From an uncultured Clostridia bacterium (GTDB taxonomy: Bacteria; Bacillota; Clostridia; TANB77; CAG-508): a stretch of 64,000 nt of DNA. The notes under the pieces were generated by a model. It had not been told where the DNA came from and searched no databases. It saw only the letters and a program-made list of their open reading frames with translations. The stretch spans positions 4,123 to 68,122 of the forward strand of contig CANSTR010000003.1 in the NCBI GenBank assembly GCA_947649935.1, written 5' to 3'. Both the position numbers and the translations under genes were made by a program. This document shows, piece by piece, positions 42,059 to 52,837 of the stretch (within the stretch, counting starts at the first letter, position 1; the number at the start of each line of letters is the position of its first letter).

Positions 42059-42104
42059 TTTTTTACTTTCCTTCCTAATTAATTTATTCTGGGTAACAGT
42101 TTCA

Positions 42105-42128
42105 GGGCACGGTGCCCCGTGCCCCTAC
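42105..42128 (-). repeat. GTAG-type REP between purB and purA
   Basis: GGGCACGGTGCCCCGTGCCCCTAC. Confidence 0.75.
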
Positions 42129-42130
42129 GG

Positions 42131-43565
42131 TTATACATTTACATTTCCCATTTCTATGTTTAATAAATCCTTATATTTTTCCAACACAGGATTAACATGA
42201 TTTTCAATAAAATCGGTTACTTGGTTGCTACTTCTACCGCACAAATGGTCTGGATTTAAGGCTGCCAAAATTTCCTCTTTTGTCATACCAAATGTTTCAT
42301 CTTTCGCAATGCGATCCACCAAATCATTTGGCCTTCCAAATTCCTTGACTTCACGTCCTGCTTGCATCGAATACACACGGATTTTTTCGTGCAATTCCTG
42401 TCTATCTCCGCCTTTCAAAACCGCATTCATCAAAATTTCCTCGGTTCCCATAAAAGGCAATTCTTGCATCATATTGGTTTTGATAACATTTTCATAAACC
42501 ACAATTCCGCTAGCAATGTTCGCATACAAAATCAAAATAGCGTCCACTGCCAAAAAGGCTTCTGGAATGCAAATTCGCTTGTTGGCTGAGTCATCTAGCG
42601 TTCTTTCTAGCCACTGTGTACTTGCTGTCATGTTTGGGTCCATCGAAAGCGCGATAACATGTCTGCTTAACGAATTGATACGCTCGCTCCTCATTGGATT
42701 TCGCTTATATGCCATGGCAGATGAACCAATCTGCCCACTTTCAAACGGCTCTTCCAACTCTTTTTCATGTTGCAACAAACGCATGTCATTCGCAAATTTC
42801 GAGGCACTTTGTGCAATCTCAGCCAAAACGCTCAAAACTCTGCTATCCACTTTTCTCGTATACGTTTGTCCGTGACACAGCAAAAACTTTGTCAAATCCC
42901 ATTTTTTGTGCAATTTTGCTATCAATTTGTTTCACTTTTTCTTCGTCCTTAAACAACTTCATGAAACTTTCCTGCGTGCCAGTTGTGCCTTTGCAACCTA
43001 GCAATTTCATGTGGCTTTCCACAAATTCCAATTCTTCCAAATCTTCCAACAAATCTTGCAACCACAAAGTCGCTCTTTTTCCGACAGTCGTCAATTGCGC
43101 TGGTTGAAAATGCGTATAACCTAGGCAAGTTGTGGCTTTATATTTTTCCGCAAACTGCTTCAAATGATTGATGACGACAACCAACTTATTTTTCACAAGT
43201 TTTAATGCTTGTGTCATCAAAATAATATCTGTGTTATCTGTGACATAACAAGAAGTTGCTCCCAAGTGAATGATTGGCTTGGCACTTGGGGCTTTCAAGC
43301 CAAATTCATAGACATGTGCCATGACATCATGCCTGCATTCTGCCTCACGTTTTGCAACGATTTCATAATCGATATCCTGCACATGCGCTTTCATTTCATT
43401 GATTTGCTCGTCTGTGATGTCAATGCCAAGTTCTTTCTCTGTTTGGCTAAGTGCCACCCACAATTTTCTCCAAGTCGAATATTTGCTATCATCTGACCAA
43501 ATATAGTTCATTTCTTTGCTTGGATATCTGCCAGCAAGTGGCGTAGAATAGATATTTTTTTCCAT
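42131..43565 (-). CDS. purB: Adenylosuccinate lyase, needing a +1 shift at CGG-A (42870-42872); about 477 aa when joined
   Basis: 5' part RHDVMAH, IHLGATS, GYTHFQPAQLTTVGKR, ...FDKVFAVS-CGG; +1 frame GQTYTRKVD...QIGSSAMAYKRNPMRSE. Confidence 0.95.
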
Positions 43566-43702
43566 ACAATTCTCCTTTTTCAAAATCCATATCTATCATA
43601 TAATTTTTCTTTTCATTAGTCAAGATTTATTGGGAAATTTTTATGAATAATATTCTGAAACACAAAAAAGGCTACTATGTGAGTAGCAGCCCCAAACTCA
43701 AG

Positions 43703-43885
43703 TTATTTTTTTGTCATAGCTTGAACCACAATTATTTTGGAGTTGATACCATTCCCCCGTTCACTAGGGATTGGATTTTCATACAACTCCCAACCTTCTT
43801 CTAGCTTTTGGTTAACTCTTTTGTTCAACTCTTCAGCAGCTTTAAAAGAGTCAAATGACTCTGCTGTTACTAATTCATATCTCAT
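43703..43885 (-). CDS. Small DUF1737-like protein
   Basis: Y.LVT...L.KRVNQKL.EGWELY..P...QAMTK; AGGAGG RBS. Confidence 0.7.
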   Translation of the reverse strand: MRYELVTAESFDSFKAAEELNKRVNQKLEEGWELYENPIPSERGNGINSKIIVVQAMTKK

Positions 43886-44057
43886 GGCAAATTCCTCCTT
43901 TGCCTATTCCTCCAGTTGGAGGGTGCCCATGCGATAGTCTCACACCTACCACAAACTAACGTGTTCTTATTTAAATTGTACCATATTTTACATAATATGT
44001 CAAGTCCTGTTTTATTGATAACAAATAAAACAGGACTTTTTTAAGATTTGCATTATG

Positions 44058-45332
44058 TCAATCCGCTTTCAAGGTAATGTTTTCAAGTTTATCCAACATA
44101 ACAGAACATTCCAATCTATTCTCCCAAGTGTCTTGGATCTCAATGGAAAATAGTTTTTGTAAAGTTTCAAGAACATATATTTCCAACAACAAAAGTTTAT
44201 TCTTTTTTGGGTAAACAATACCAATGAGAAAAATCTCTAAATCTCTTGGGGAAATTATATCATAATCCCTATAAAATTTTACTTCATAGCAATCTCTAAA
44301 AATACACTCCAACACTGTACCTTCTACACGGTAAATATCCGTGTAAATCTGCCCTCTATCAAAATCATATTTTTCTGCAGTCATGAATATAGGAGTTAAA
44401 GGGTCATCGCAACGATAACCAGGATGATAAAACTCTACAGAATAAGTTTCATCCAATATCCTTTTTCCATCAAATGAAACTAAGCCAACATTTGACCTAT
44501 ATCCCTCATTCGTAAAAAATGGTAAAGGCATTTGTATTGCATTTAATACCACTTGCTTAACACCCTGTATAGGTATAGTGCAATATTTATTAGATAAGTC
44601 TGCAGAATAAACACTTACTCCATCCGTTTCATCTGGAACTAATGTGCAACAGTAGGACTTTCCTTGAAAATCACTAACATACTCAAGTTTGCCCCTGACA
44701 ACAGCTCTTTTAATAGCAACTTCAGTAAAAGAATTGAAATTAATGAGTTTATCCTTTATCTGAAGAACCAAATGATTCTTTAAGGTCCACCACTTATCAG
44801 CTTTTTCCATCATTTCCTGCATCTGCTCCAATTTTTCAGCATGCTTTTTTGTGTCAAAATATGACCAAAAGTTCTGGCACCTGTAGTACCTAGGTTCGTC
44901 ACTCTCATAGTGCCCAAATAAATAGTCTCCATAACACACTCCGTCTTCATCATAAACTTTACCATGGCAATACATCTCCATGCTATCTAAACCACTATAG
45001 GGTCCCGCATACGCTAAAAGATTAGGCTTTATACCAATTAAGTAAAGCTCCTGAAATTTGTTTTTAATCTGAATAACTGCAACCTCTTCAGCTTCTATGG
45101 TCACTATTTTTTTGTTATGAATACTATAGATTGTATGTTGTGTGATTCCATCTTTCGTAAAATTTTCCCTATCAAAGTAATAACAAGCCTGTAAACCAGG
45201 CACCAAATAATTCTTACCCTCACATAACTTATCCGTGGTTTCACTAATAAGTTTTCCTTCACTGTATACCTTCCCCGCTATTGTAACACTACTTACTTGA
45301 AACTCCTTGTTTTCCCGATTTTCTTGTAGCAT
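44058..45332 (-). CDS. Hypothetical protein; contains an in-frame CGG-G at codon 6
   Basis: Strong RBS AAGGAGGG before MLQENRE; long open frame; no motif recognised. Confidence 0.7.
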   Translation of the reverse strand: MLQENRENKEFQVSSVTIAGKVYSEGKLISETTDKLCEGKNYLVPGLQACYYFDRENFTKDGITQHTIYSIHNKKIVTIEAEEVAVIQIKNKFQELYLIGIKPNLLAYAGPYSGLDSMEMYCHGKVYDEDGVCYGDYLFGHYESDEPRYYRCQNFWSYFDTKKHAEKLEQMQEMMEKADKWWTLKNHLVLQIKDKLINFNSFTEVAIKRAVVRGKLEYVSDFQGKSYCCTLVPDETDGVSVYSADLSNKYCTIPIQGVKQVVLNAIQMPLPFFTNEGYRSNVGLVSFDGKRILDETYSVEFYHPGYRCDDPLTPIFMTAEKYDFDRGQIYTDIYRVEGTVLECIFRDCYEVKFYRDYDIISPRDLEIFLIGIVYPKKNKLLLLEIYVLETLQKLFSIEIQDTWENRLECSVMLDKLENITLKAD

Positions 45333-45563
45333 AATACTATCCCTCCTTTTTTTAAACAAAAAAAACTTGTTTTGAGCTTCCTTTCTTTTATTAACAAGAA
45401 AGAAAAAAATATTATAGCATAGTTTACATTTTATCATATTTTTTAGAAATGTCAAGGATTTTCTGTTTAATTCCCTAATTTTGATAATCCTGTTTTTTGA
45501 CATTAAATTTAAGCAATAAAACAAAAAACCACTATTGCTTTTCAAACAATAGTGAGTTTCTTT

Positions 45564-46217
45564 CTACATTTTTCTAAACACTCCCGTCACTTTTCCTAAA
45601 ATTTCGCAATTTGGCACAATAATTGGCTCCATCGTTGAATTTTCTGGTTGCAATCTGATGTGGTCTGTTTCTTTATAAAATGTTTTAACAGTCGCCTCAT
45701 CTTCAATTAAAGCCACTACAATTTCCCCATTAATAGCACTTTTTTGTTTACGAACCAAAATATAATCCCCATCCAAAATTCCAGCTTCAATCATACTTTC
45801 CCCTCTGACTACAAGCATAAAACTTTCGCTATTTCCCACGAAATCCAATGGAATTGGAAATGTATCCGTGATATTTTCCACTGCCAAAATTGGCGCTCCT
45901 GCCGTGATTTTTCCTACAATTGGAACATTTACCATTTCTCGGTCAGAATAAAAATCCTTCTGAACCTCTTCTTGTTTTTCCAAAGCTCCGCCTTTTAGCA
46001 ATTTTAACGTTCTACCTTTTTGGCTCTCTTTTTTGATATAGCCTTTACGCTCCAAAGCCGCCAAATAGCCATGCACTGTGGCTGTTGATTTCAAGCCAAC
46101 TGCTTGTCCAATTTCTCGAACTGATGGCGGATAACCATTTGCTTTGATTTGTTTTTCAATAAATTTAAGGATTGCTTTTTCTCTTTTATTAATACTATTC
46201 GGATCTTTTTTCTTCAT
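45564..46217 (-). CDS. lexA: SOS repressor LexA
   Basis: GYPPSVREIG, ITAG cleavage site, V.GESMIEAGILDGD, ATVKTF. Confidence 0.96.
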   Translation of the reverse strand: MKKKDPNSINKREKAILKFIEKQIKANGYPPSVREIGQAVGLKSTATVHGYLAALERKGYIKKESQKGRTLKLLKGGALEKQEEVQKDFYSDREMVNVPIVGKITAGAPILAVENITDTFPIPLDFVGNSESFMLVVRGESMIEAGILDGDYILVRKQKSAINGEIVVALIEDEATVKTFYKETDHIRLQPENSTMEPIIVPNCEILGKVTGVFRKM

Positions 46218-46254
46218 ATTTATCACTCCTTTTTATAGAAAAATTTTGTTTGTG

Positions 46255-46298
46255 AGAACATCTTATCACAAAACATTTGATTTGTCAAACAAAAGTTT
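46255..46298 (-). promoter_or_regulatory. lexA promoter with overlapping putative SOS box
   Basis: TTGACA-17-TAAGAT on minus strand; AAAC-AAAA-GTTT (46287-46298) resembles the Firmicute GAAC-N4-GTTC/T box. Confidence 0.6.
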
Positions 46299-46362
46299 AC
46301 TTTTTTTCAAAAAATTTTATCACAAATTTGTGCATCTTGCATAAACTAAAATAGGTGATTCT

Positions 46363-46548
46363 ATGAATTCTTGTAATAGTCCTTCTGGTTGTGAATTAGT
46401 TACTTTAGCCAATACACTTTCTTGCGCTCTTGCTAAAAATTTAAGTACAGATGATGTGAATCTTTTAGCTGGCTTTTTTTCTGCGGTTGGTGACAACTTA
46501 GCCATCATTGCCAGTGTTCGTTCTAAGTGTGAAGATAATGCAAAATGA
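46363..46548 (+). CDS. Small conserved clostridial protein (DUF6774-like)
   Basis: ELVTLA..L.CALA..L..D...LLA.FF..VGD.LA.I pattern; AGGTGA RBS. Confidence 0.7.
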   Translation: MNSCNSPSGCELVTLANTLSCALAKNLSTDDVNLLAGFFSAVGDNLAIIASVRSKCEDNAK

Positions 46549-46566
46549 ACGATTCGTTCAAATCGT

Positions 46567-46854
46567 TCATTTTATGATTTTATAAATCTCTAATAATTCC
46601 AACAGTTTTTCTTCGTCATTTTTTTCTGATAGCAAATATAAATTTCTAATATAAGTCAAAAGTTCATAATCTGCATCAAATTCTCGAATGGCCGTATCCA
46701 ATATTTGAATAAAGTTTTCTTCTAAATCAATGTTTTTCTCTTTTCTCAAACGGTCCTTTAATTTGATTTCGATGTTTTGATAAATCCAGTCAATCGCTTG
46801 TTTATACTCTTTATTTTGAATAAAATTCGAAATTTTTTCTTTATCTTTCAACAT
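46567..46854 (-). CDS. Hypothetical protein
   Basis: ORF overlapping the upstream gene, RBS GGAG. Confidence 0.6.
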   Translation of the reverse strand: MLKDKEKISNFIQNKEYKQAIDWIYQNIEIKLKDRLRKEKNIDLEENFIQILDTAIREFDADYELLTYIRNLYLLSEKNDEEKLLELLEIYKIIK

Positions 46855-47839
46855 TGTCCTCTTCTCCCCTCAACATGATATCAGACAATTGTTTCAATTT
46901 TTCATTCGTACCAACTAGACTCTCAAGAGCTGCTAATTCTTCTTTCGATAAAATAAAATGCATGCCAATTCTTCCTCTTTGAGCAAATTTTGCAACTTCT
47001 GGATTTTGTTCTTCTGGCACCTGTATTTTTTCAAAAGTAGATGCATCTGTATGCATAACAACTGGTGCTATCGCATTTTTTTCTCTTGCAATCAGGCGAA
47101 CAGTAGGTTCTCTTTTAATGGAAATATCATCTTTTACTTCTGGTACAAAGGTTAACAACACATTTGGTTTTTCAGCTTCTGAATGAAAGTGAATTAATTC
47201 TTTTAACATTTGTGCCTTTGTCGTAAACAACTCATTTTTCAAATAAAATCCTAAAAATAAATTAACGACTCTATCTTTAGAATTCGAGTTTTCAAAAGCA
47301 CTTCTTTCTTGATGTAAAATATCATCAATCCAATTTGCAAAATCTTCACTCGCATTGCCTTCTCTATAATCTAACAAATCCTCTAATCCGTACTTATACT
47401 TGGGATTCAAAAAATATTTAGTATAAATATGATTCATTTCATACTTTTTTCTTCCTCGTATGGTATCTTTCTCAACATTATGTACCATTCTGTTTACCCA
47501 ATAGCCGACCTTCAACGCCAAACTTTCTTCGGAGCAATTTTCTAAACTTTCTATCTCCTTTTTCAATATATTTTTTACAACTTCGTCACTCATTTTCACT
47601 TTTTCGAAACCTTCATCTGATGATTCAATCCAAGTATCTGTAACATTTTTTTCAAAGGAATCCCTAATTTGGCAAATATAATTCGAATGTAAAATTATAT
47701 CATATAGCATTTCTAAATATTCACTCATTTCTTGCTTACTTAAATGTTTTTTGTGAAAAGTAGCCTTATTAAATTCTCTCATTTTTAAAATTTCATCTCT
47801 TGTAATGTTTTGATAGATTCTATTCTTAAATTGTTTCAT
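46841..47839 (-). CDS. Hypothetical protein
   Basis: 332-aa ORF with AAGGAG RBS. Confidence 0.7.
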   Translation of the reverse strand: MKQFKNRIYQNITRDEILKMREFNKATFHKKHLSKQEMSEYLEMLYDIILHSNYICQIRDSFEKNVTDTWIESSDEGFEKVKMSDEVVKNILKKEIESLENCSEESLALKVGYWVNRMVHNVEKDTIRGRKKYEMNHIYTKYFLNPKYKYGLEDLLDYREGNASEDFANWIDDILHQERSAFENSNSKDRVVNLFLGFYLKNELFTTKAQMLKELIHFHSEAEKPNVLLTFVPEVKDDISIKREPTVRLIAREKNAIAPVVMHTDASTFEKIQVPEEQNPEVAKFAQRGRIGMHFILSKEELAALESLVGTNEKLKQLSDIMLRGEEDNVER

Positions 47840-47940
47840 GGCTAACTCCTTACTTTATTATCTCTATTTATTATATCACATTTTTATAGAGTTGTAAAGT
47901 ATAGTTGCCATAATTTTACAAATAGTTAACTTCTGTAAAT

Positions 47941-49689
47941 TTATTTTAATCTTCCATAATACATATCACTAAACATTCCATTTTTTTCAATCAATTCATC
48001 ATATTTTCCACTTTCTTCAATATGACCCTTATTCAGCACAATAATTCGGTCGCAGTTTTTTAATGTCGATAACCTATGCGCAATGGATATCACTGTTGTA
48101 TGATTCTCTTTTTGCAATTTTTCAATTTCTGTTTGAATATGCTTTTCTGATGTGTTGTCTAGGGCAGAAGTTGCTTCGTCCAAAATCAAAATTTTCGGTT
48201 TTCTCAAGAAAATTCTTGCAATCGCAATTCGTTGTCTTTGTCCGCCTGACAAATTATTGCCACCTTCTGCAATCATGGATTCAAACTTATCCGGAAGGGA
48301 ATTAATATAATCATAAATATAAGCTCTTTTGGCAGCCTCTTCTACTTCTTCTTGCGACACTTCTTTCTCCATTCCATAACAGATATTTTCACGAATCGTG
48401 CCTGCAATTAAAAATGGCGTTTGTGGAACCAAGGCAATGATTTCGGCAATTTCTTTTCTGGTTAAAGTTGCTATCTCTTTAGAATCTACCCATATTTTTC
48501 CATGACCTTTTTCCAATTTTGTAACCGCTTTTATCAAAGAAGATTTTCCGCAACCACTTGGTCCAGCAATTCCCAAAAACATGCCTTCTTTGATATCTAA
48601 ATTTAATTGGTCCAAAATTACTTTGGTTTTATCTTCGTTATAATAAAAATCTAAATTCTCCACACAAATCATAGCAGGCTTGTTTTGCGCCTTTATTTCA
48701 TTTGTGTTTTCATAAGAAAAGTCACTTGGCAGTTCTACCATGCTAAAGAAATCTTTGGCTAACACGGTACATTCTGACAACTCATCAAAAATTCTATGTA
48801 ATTCTTCCAATGGCTTAATTAATTGATTAAAGCATAAATAAGCTGTTAGCACGCTACCAACCGAAATAATCTGTTTGGTTGCCAAATACGTCGAAATTCC
48901 TATAATCAATACTGTGAAAACTGCTTGATTGATAAATTTCAAACAATCATACAATGCCATTGCCTTATGATGTTTCATTTCTTTTTTTCTCAAAAATTCT
49001 GACTTTTGGTTAAATCGATTTGTTTCAAATTCTACACTATCACAAATTCGAATGACTTCAATTCCATTGATTAATTCGACAATGGTGCCATCCATTTTGG
49101 ATTTGCTTTCCAACAATTCCACTCTAATTCCCTTTTGACTATGAATTTGTTTCATCACAATCAAAACTCCGATTGGTATGACTAACATCATTGGCAACGC
49201 AAGAATGACAGGAAGCGTCATAAAAATGGTGATAATCGCTGCAATTCCATTAAAAATAGCAGGTGCAAAATCCATAAACAATAATTTTTCCAGTTTAATG
49301 GTTCCTTCTAAACAACGATTCATTCTTCCATGAATATTTCCTGTCATGTTTTCTCTAAAATAGGACAAAGGTGCCTTTAGCAAAGAATTAATCACCATAC
49401 CTCTTGCCTTTTTTTCTGTTCTAGTAGCCGTATCTTCTACCATCACTCTTCTTACAATTTTTATGATTTCATTTGTCACATTAACAACCAATATCAACAA
49501 TAAAAAGGGAATCACTTTTTCAAAGGAAACCTCTTCCCCATTTAAAACATCGTCTGTTAACCACCCAATTGCTTTGGGCGTTACTTGTGTTAATGCGGCA
49601 GATACAATCATAATCAGCACAATTAGCACAAAAATCATCTTTTGTTTTTTCTCTAATATTTGATAAACTTTTTTTAATACTTGCTTCAT
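47941..49689 (-). CDS. ABC exporter (TMD plus NBD)
   Basis: GPSGCGKSS, LSGGQRQR, ILDEATSALD, IAHRLST. Confidence 0.92.
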   Translation of the reverse strand: MKQVLKKVYQILEKKQKMIFVLIVLIMIVSAALTQVTPKAIGWLTDDVLNGEEVSFEKVIPFLLLILVVNVTNEIIKIVRRVMVEDTATRTEKKARGMVINSLLKAPLSYFRENMTGNIHGRMNRCLEGTIKLEKLLFMDFAPAIFNGIAAIITIFMTLPVILALPMMLVIPIGVLIVMKQIHSQKGIRVELLESKSKMDGTIVELINGIEVIRICDSVEFETNRFNQKSEFLRKKEMKHHKAMALYDCLKFINQAVFTVLIIGISTYLATKQIISVGSVLTAYLCFNQLIKPLEELHRIFDELSECTVLAKDFFSMVELPSDFSYENTNEIKAQNKPAMICVENLDFYYNEDKTKVILDQLNLDIKEGMFLGIAGPSGCGKSSLIKAVTKLEKGHGKIWVDSKEIATLTRKEIAEIIALVPQTPFLIAGTIRENICYGMEKEVSQEEVEEAAKRAYIYDYINSLPDKFESMIAEGGNNLSGGQRQRIAIARIFLRKPKILILDEATSALDNTSEKHIQTEIEKLQKENHTTVISIAHRLSTLKNCDRIIVLNKGHIEESGKYDELIEKNGMFSDMYYGRLK

Positions 49690-49705
49690 GTTTTATCTCA
49701 CCTTT

Positions 49706-49780
49706 CTTTTATCAATATTTTTCAATGTTTCGAACGATTAAGGAATCCTTAATCATCATTTTTACCAAATTTTCTATCTT
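49706..49780. repeat. Direct repeat copy 1 (about 75 bp) with palindromic core
   Basis: CTTTTATCAATATTTTTCAAT..TTTCGAACGATTAAGGAATCCTTAATC; matches 50823-50900. Confidence 0.85.
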
Positions 49781-49813
49781 CCTCCCTAGAAATAAATTAT
49801 TATGACCACAGAA

Positions 49814-50812
49814 TTATTTTAATTTTTTAATATCCTCTCCCATAATTTCCAGATAATCTTTTTCAGCTTGAGTTAAATGAGTTTTCATATATTTATGATA
49901 TTCTTGATGTGCTTTTTCCAAAGCTTTCTCGTGTGATATTTTTCCTGCACCTTCTAAAATTTCTTTATGTGTCATTGTTAAAAATCCATCTAGTTCTTTT
50001 ATCCAGTCTTTCATTGCCATAGGGTGCATATTCAATGCATTAATTTCTGCAACATCTAAATAAGCTGATACCATTCTATTTAATAAATCTATTTCTTTTT
50101 CTGATAAATAATTTTTTGCAATTTCTGTTTCTGATTTTGTAGGAGTATTTCCTTTAAAATTAGTTAATCCAATATTCTCCTTTTCACTATCTACTCTACT
50201 GAAAATCACCTCAGCTGCTGTATTTCCGTGAACTGCATAATGCATTTTATTTTGAACTGTCTTAAAAAATTCTTTTGTTTTTTCATCCCTTGCATTATAG
50301 TCAACACTTGTAGCATAGATATCTAAAATCTTTCTCCAAAAAACCTTCTCTGATGAACGAATATCTCTAATTTTTTCTAGTACTTCTTCAAAATATACGC
50401 CACCACCATTATTTTTAAACCTATCAACATTCAAATTATATCCTTTTATTAGATATTCTTTTATTAATTTATTTGCCCATATTCTAAATTGAGTTCCACG
50501 AATTGACTTTACACGATATCCAACTGATATAATTAAATCTAAATTGTAAAATTTTGTTTTATAATTTTTACCATCTGAGGCAGTTGTCAAGTTTTCCTTG
50601 ACAACTGAATTTTCATTCAATTCGTTTTCTTCAAAAATATTTTTTATATGTAAACTTATATTTTGTTTCGTTGTATCAAATAGTTCTGCCATAGCCTTTT
50701 GCGTTAGCCAGACATTTTCATCTTCAAGTCGAACTTCTATCTTAACTTGTCCATCATCAGAAGTATATATTAATATTTTATTGTTGTCTTGATTCATAAT
50801 TTCATTATTCAT
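49814..50812 (-). CDS. RhuM-family protein
   Basis: WLTQKAMAELF, YNLDLIISVGYRVKS.RGTQFRIWA, IRDIRSSEKVFWRK, VQNKMHYA.HG.TAAE. Confidence 0.9.
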   Translation of the reverse strand: MNNEIMNQDNNKILIYTSDDGQVKIEVRLEDENVWLTQKAMAELFDTTKQNISLHIKNIFEENELNENSVVKENLTTASDGKNYKTKFYNLDLIISVGYRVKSIRGTQFRIWANKLIKEYLIKGYNLNVDRFKNNGGGVYFEEVLEKIRDIRSSEKVFWRKILDIYATSVDYNARDEKTKEFFKTVQNKMHYAVHGNTAAEVIFSRVDSEKENIGLTNFKGNTPTKSETEIAKNYLSEKEIDLLNRMVSAYLDVAEINALNMHPMAMKDWIKELDGFLTMTHKEILEGAGKISHEKALEKAHQEYHKYMKTHLTQAEKDYLEIMGEDIKKLK

Positions 50813-50822
50813 TAAAATCCTC

Positions 50823-50900
50823 CTTTTATCAATATTTTTCAATCTTTTCGAACGATTAAGGAATCCTTAATCGTTCATTTTTACCCGATTTTTCTTATCT
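50823..50900. repeat. Direct repeat copy 2 with perfect 27-bp palindrome
   Basis: GAACGATTAAGGA-A-TCCTTAATCGTTC. Confidence 0.85.
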
Positions 50901-51104
50901 TTTTGAATTTGTTTTTGGTATCTTTCCTCCTCTCAAAAACCGATTTCTGCACACTAATTATTCTTTGTTAGAAATTAGCAAACTATATTCATAATCAGTT
51001 TTTTTCGAGTTCTTATCTTGTAACAATATATCATACTTTTTTATTTTTTTCCATACATTTTGCATATATAAATAAAAAAGTATTACATTTATTTGCAATA
51101 CTTT

Positions 51105-52801
51105 TTATCCAACTGATGATATTTCTATTCCATTGTTTGCTTTTACATATTCAATAGCTGTTTTATATTCATCTTCATAATTAAATTTTATCGTTATTTT
51201 GTTATCTTCGTGAACATATATATTATCTATTAAATCATCAATTATATTTCTTGATAGTTCTGTTATATTTTCATACTTTTTAAATTTTTCTATCCATTCG
51301 TTATTTGATTTTAGTGATTCACATTCCATTAGTTCTTCTTTCAAATATAATATTTGTTCTTCTAATTTTTTCATTTTATTAACATAGCTCTGGTTATATT
51401 CATAGTAATCTGTTTCATCAATTACACCTAATTTCCAATCTTCATAACAAGATTTCTTCAGCTTTCTTTGTTTTTCATATTCTATTTCTTGCTTTTTAAT
51501 ACTATTTTTTAAACTTTCTTTTCTAAAATCCACTTGTTTTGTATTAGTTGTTTCTTTAATTACTGTATCTATATCAATGACAAGTGATATTTGTAACTTT
51601 ACTGCTTTTAATATTGCCTCATACAATATATCATCTCTTATTAAGTGTTTAGTGCATAAATCTTTTGATTTCCTACAATAAGTTGAACAAGCATAATGAT
51701 AATGTGGTCTTGGTTTTCCTTTATATTTAGAGCCTACTCTCTTTGTCATTGACATTTTACAGTCTGCACATTTTAAATGTCCTGCATATATAGATAAAGT
51801 TCCATCTTGATTTGCTTTTACATCTCTATCTAATAATGCCTTTTGTACCTTTTCAAAAGTTTCTCTATCTATTATAGGCTCGTGCATATTTTTTACAATT
51901 ACCCATTCTTCTTTTGGATTTTTTATATGCTTATGCACCTTATAACTTATGAGCTTACCTTTACTTTGAATAACATCTCCACAATATACTTGACTTTTTA
52001 ATATACTCAAAATAGTAGCCGGATCCCATAAGTACGCAAATTTCTCATCATTAGGTCTTTTTAATTTAAAGTTTTGATTTAATACCTTATTTCTATACCC
52101 CATTGGATTAAGTATTCCTCTTGCATTTAACTCTTTTGCAATTTTTGTTCTACCATAACCTTTTATAACTAAATCAAATATTTCTCTAACTACTTGTGCA
52201 GGTTCTTCGTCTATTATTAAGTGGTGGACATCATCAGGGTCTTTGACATATCCATAAGGAGTTAATGCTCCTACATACTCTCCATTTCTTTTTTTACATT
52301 TAAAATTGCTCTTATCTTATTAGATATATCTCTACAATATTCGTCATTCATTAAATTTTTAAATGGTACTATAACATTGTTTACGGACTTTGGGTCTTTA
52401 TAACTATCAATACTGTCATTTACTGCTATAAACCTCATATTAAATAAAGGGAAAATCTGCTCAATATAATTTCCTACTTCTATGTAGTTTCTTCCTAGTC
52501 TTGATAAATCTTTGACAATAATTGTGTTAAACTTTTTTAATTTCATATCATTTAATAATCTTTGAAAGTCTGGTCTATCAGAGCTTGTTCCAGAATAGCC
52601 ATCATCTATATAATAATCATATATTGATAATTCTGTATTTTCTTTAATAAAGTCCTCTAATAATTGCCTTTGATTACTTACACTATTGCTTTCTACTTTA
52701 TCATCTCCATCTTCAACAGACAATCTAATGTATAATGCGACTATCCACTTATTATTGCATTCTTCTATTGTTCCACTATATTGTCTTGCTTTTCTTGGCA
52801 T
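51105..52801 (-). pseudogene. Large serine recombinase split by a -1 frameshift in an A7 run (52289-52295)
   Basis: Frame 0 YIRLS..D...SNQR, DDGYSGT, VKDLSRLGRNY...NVKK; -1 frame RNGEYVGALTPYGY...zinc ribbon C..C; colinear with the intact neighbour. Confidence 0.8.
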
Positions 52802-52837
52802 TATTTTCCCTCCTTTCCCTTATCTTCCATCAACAAA

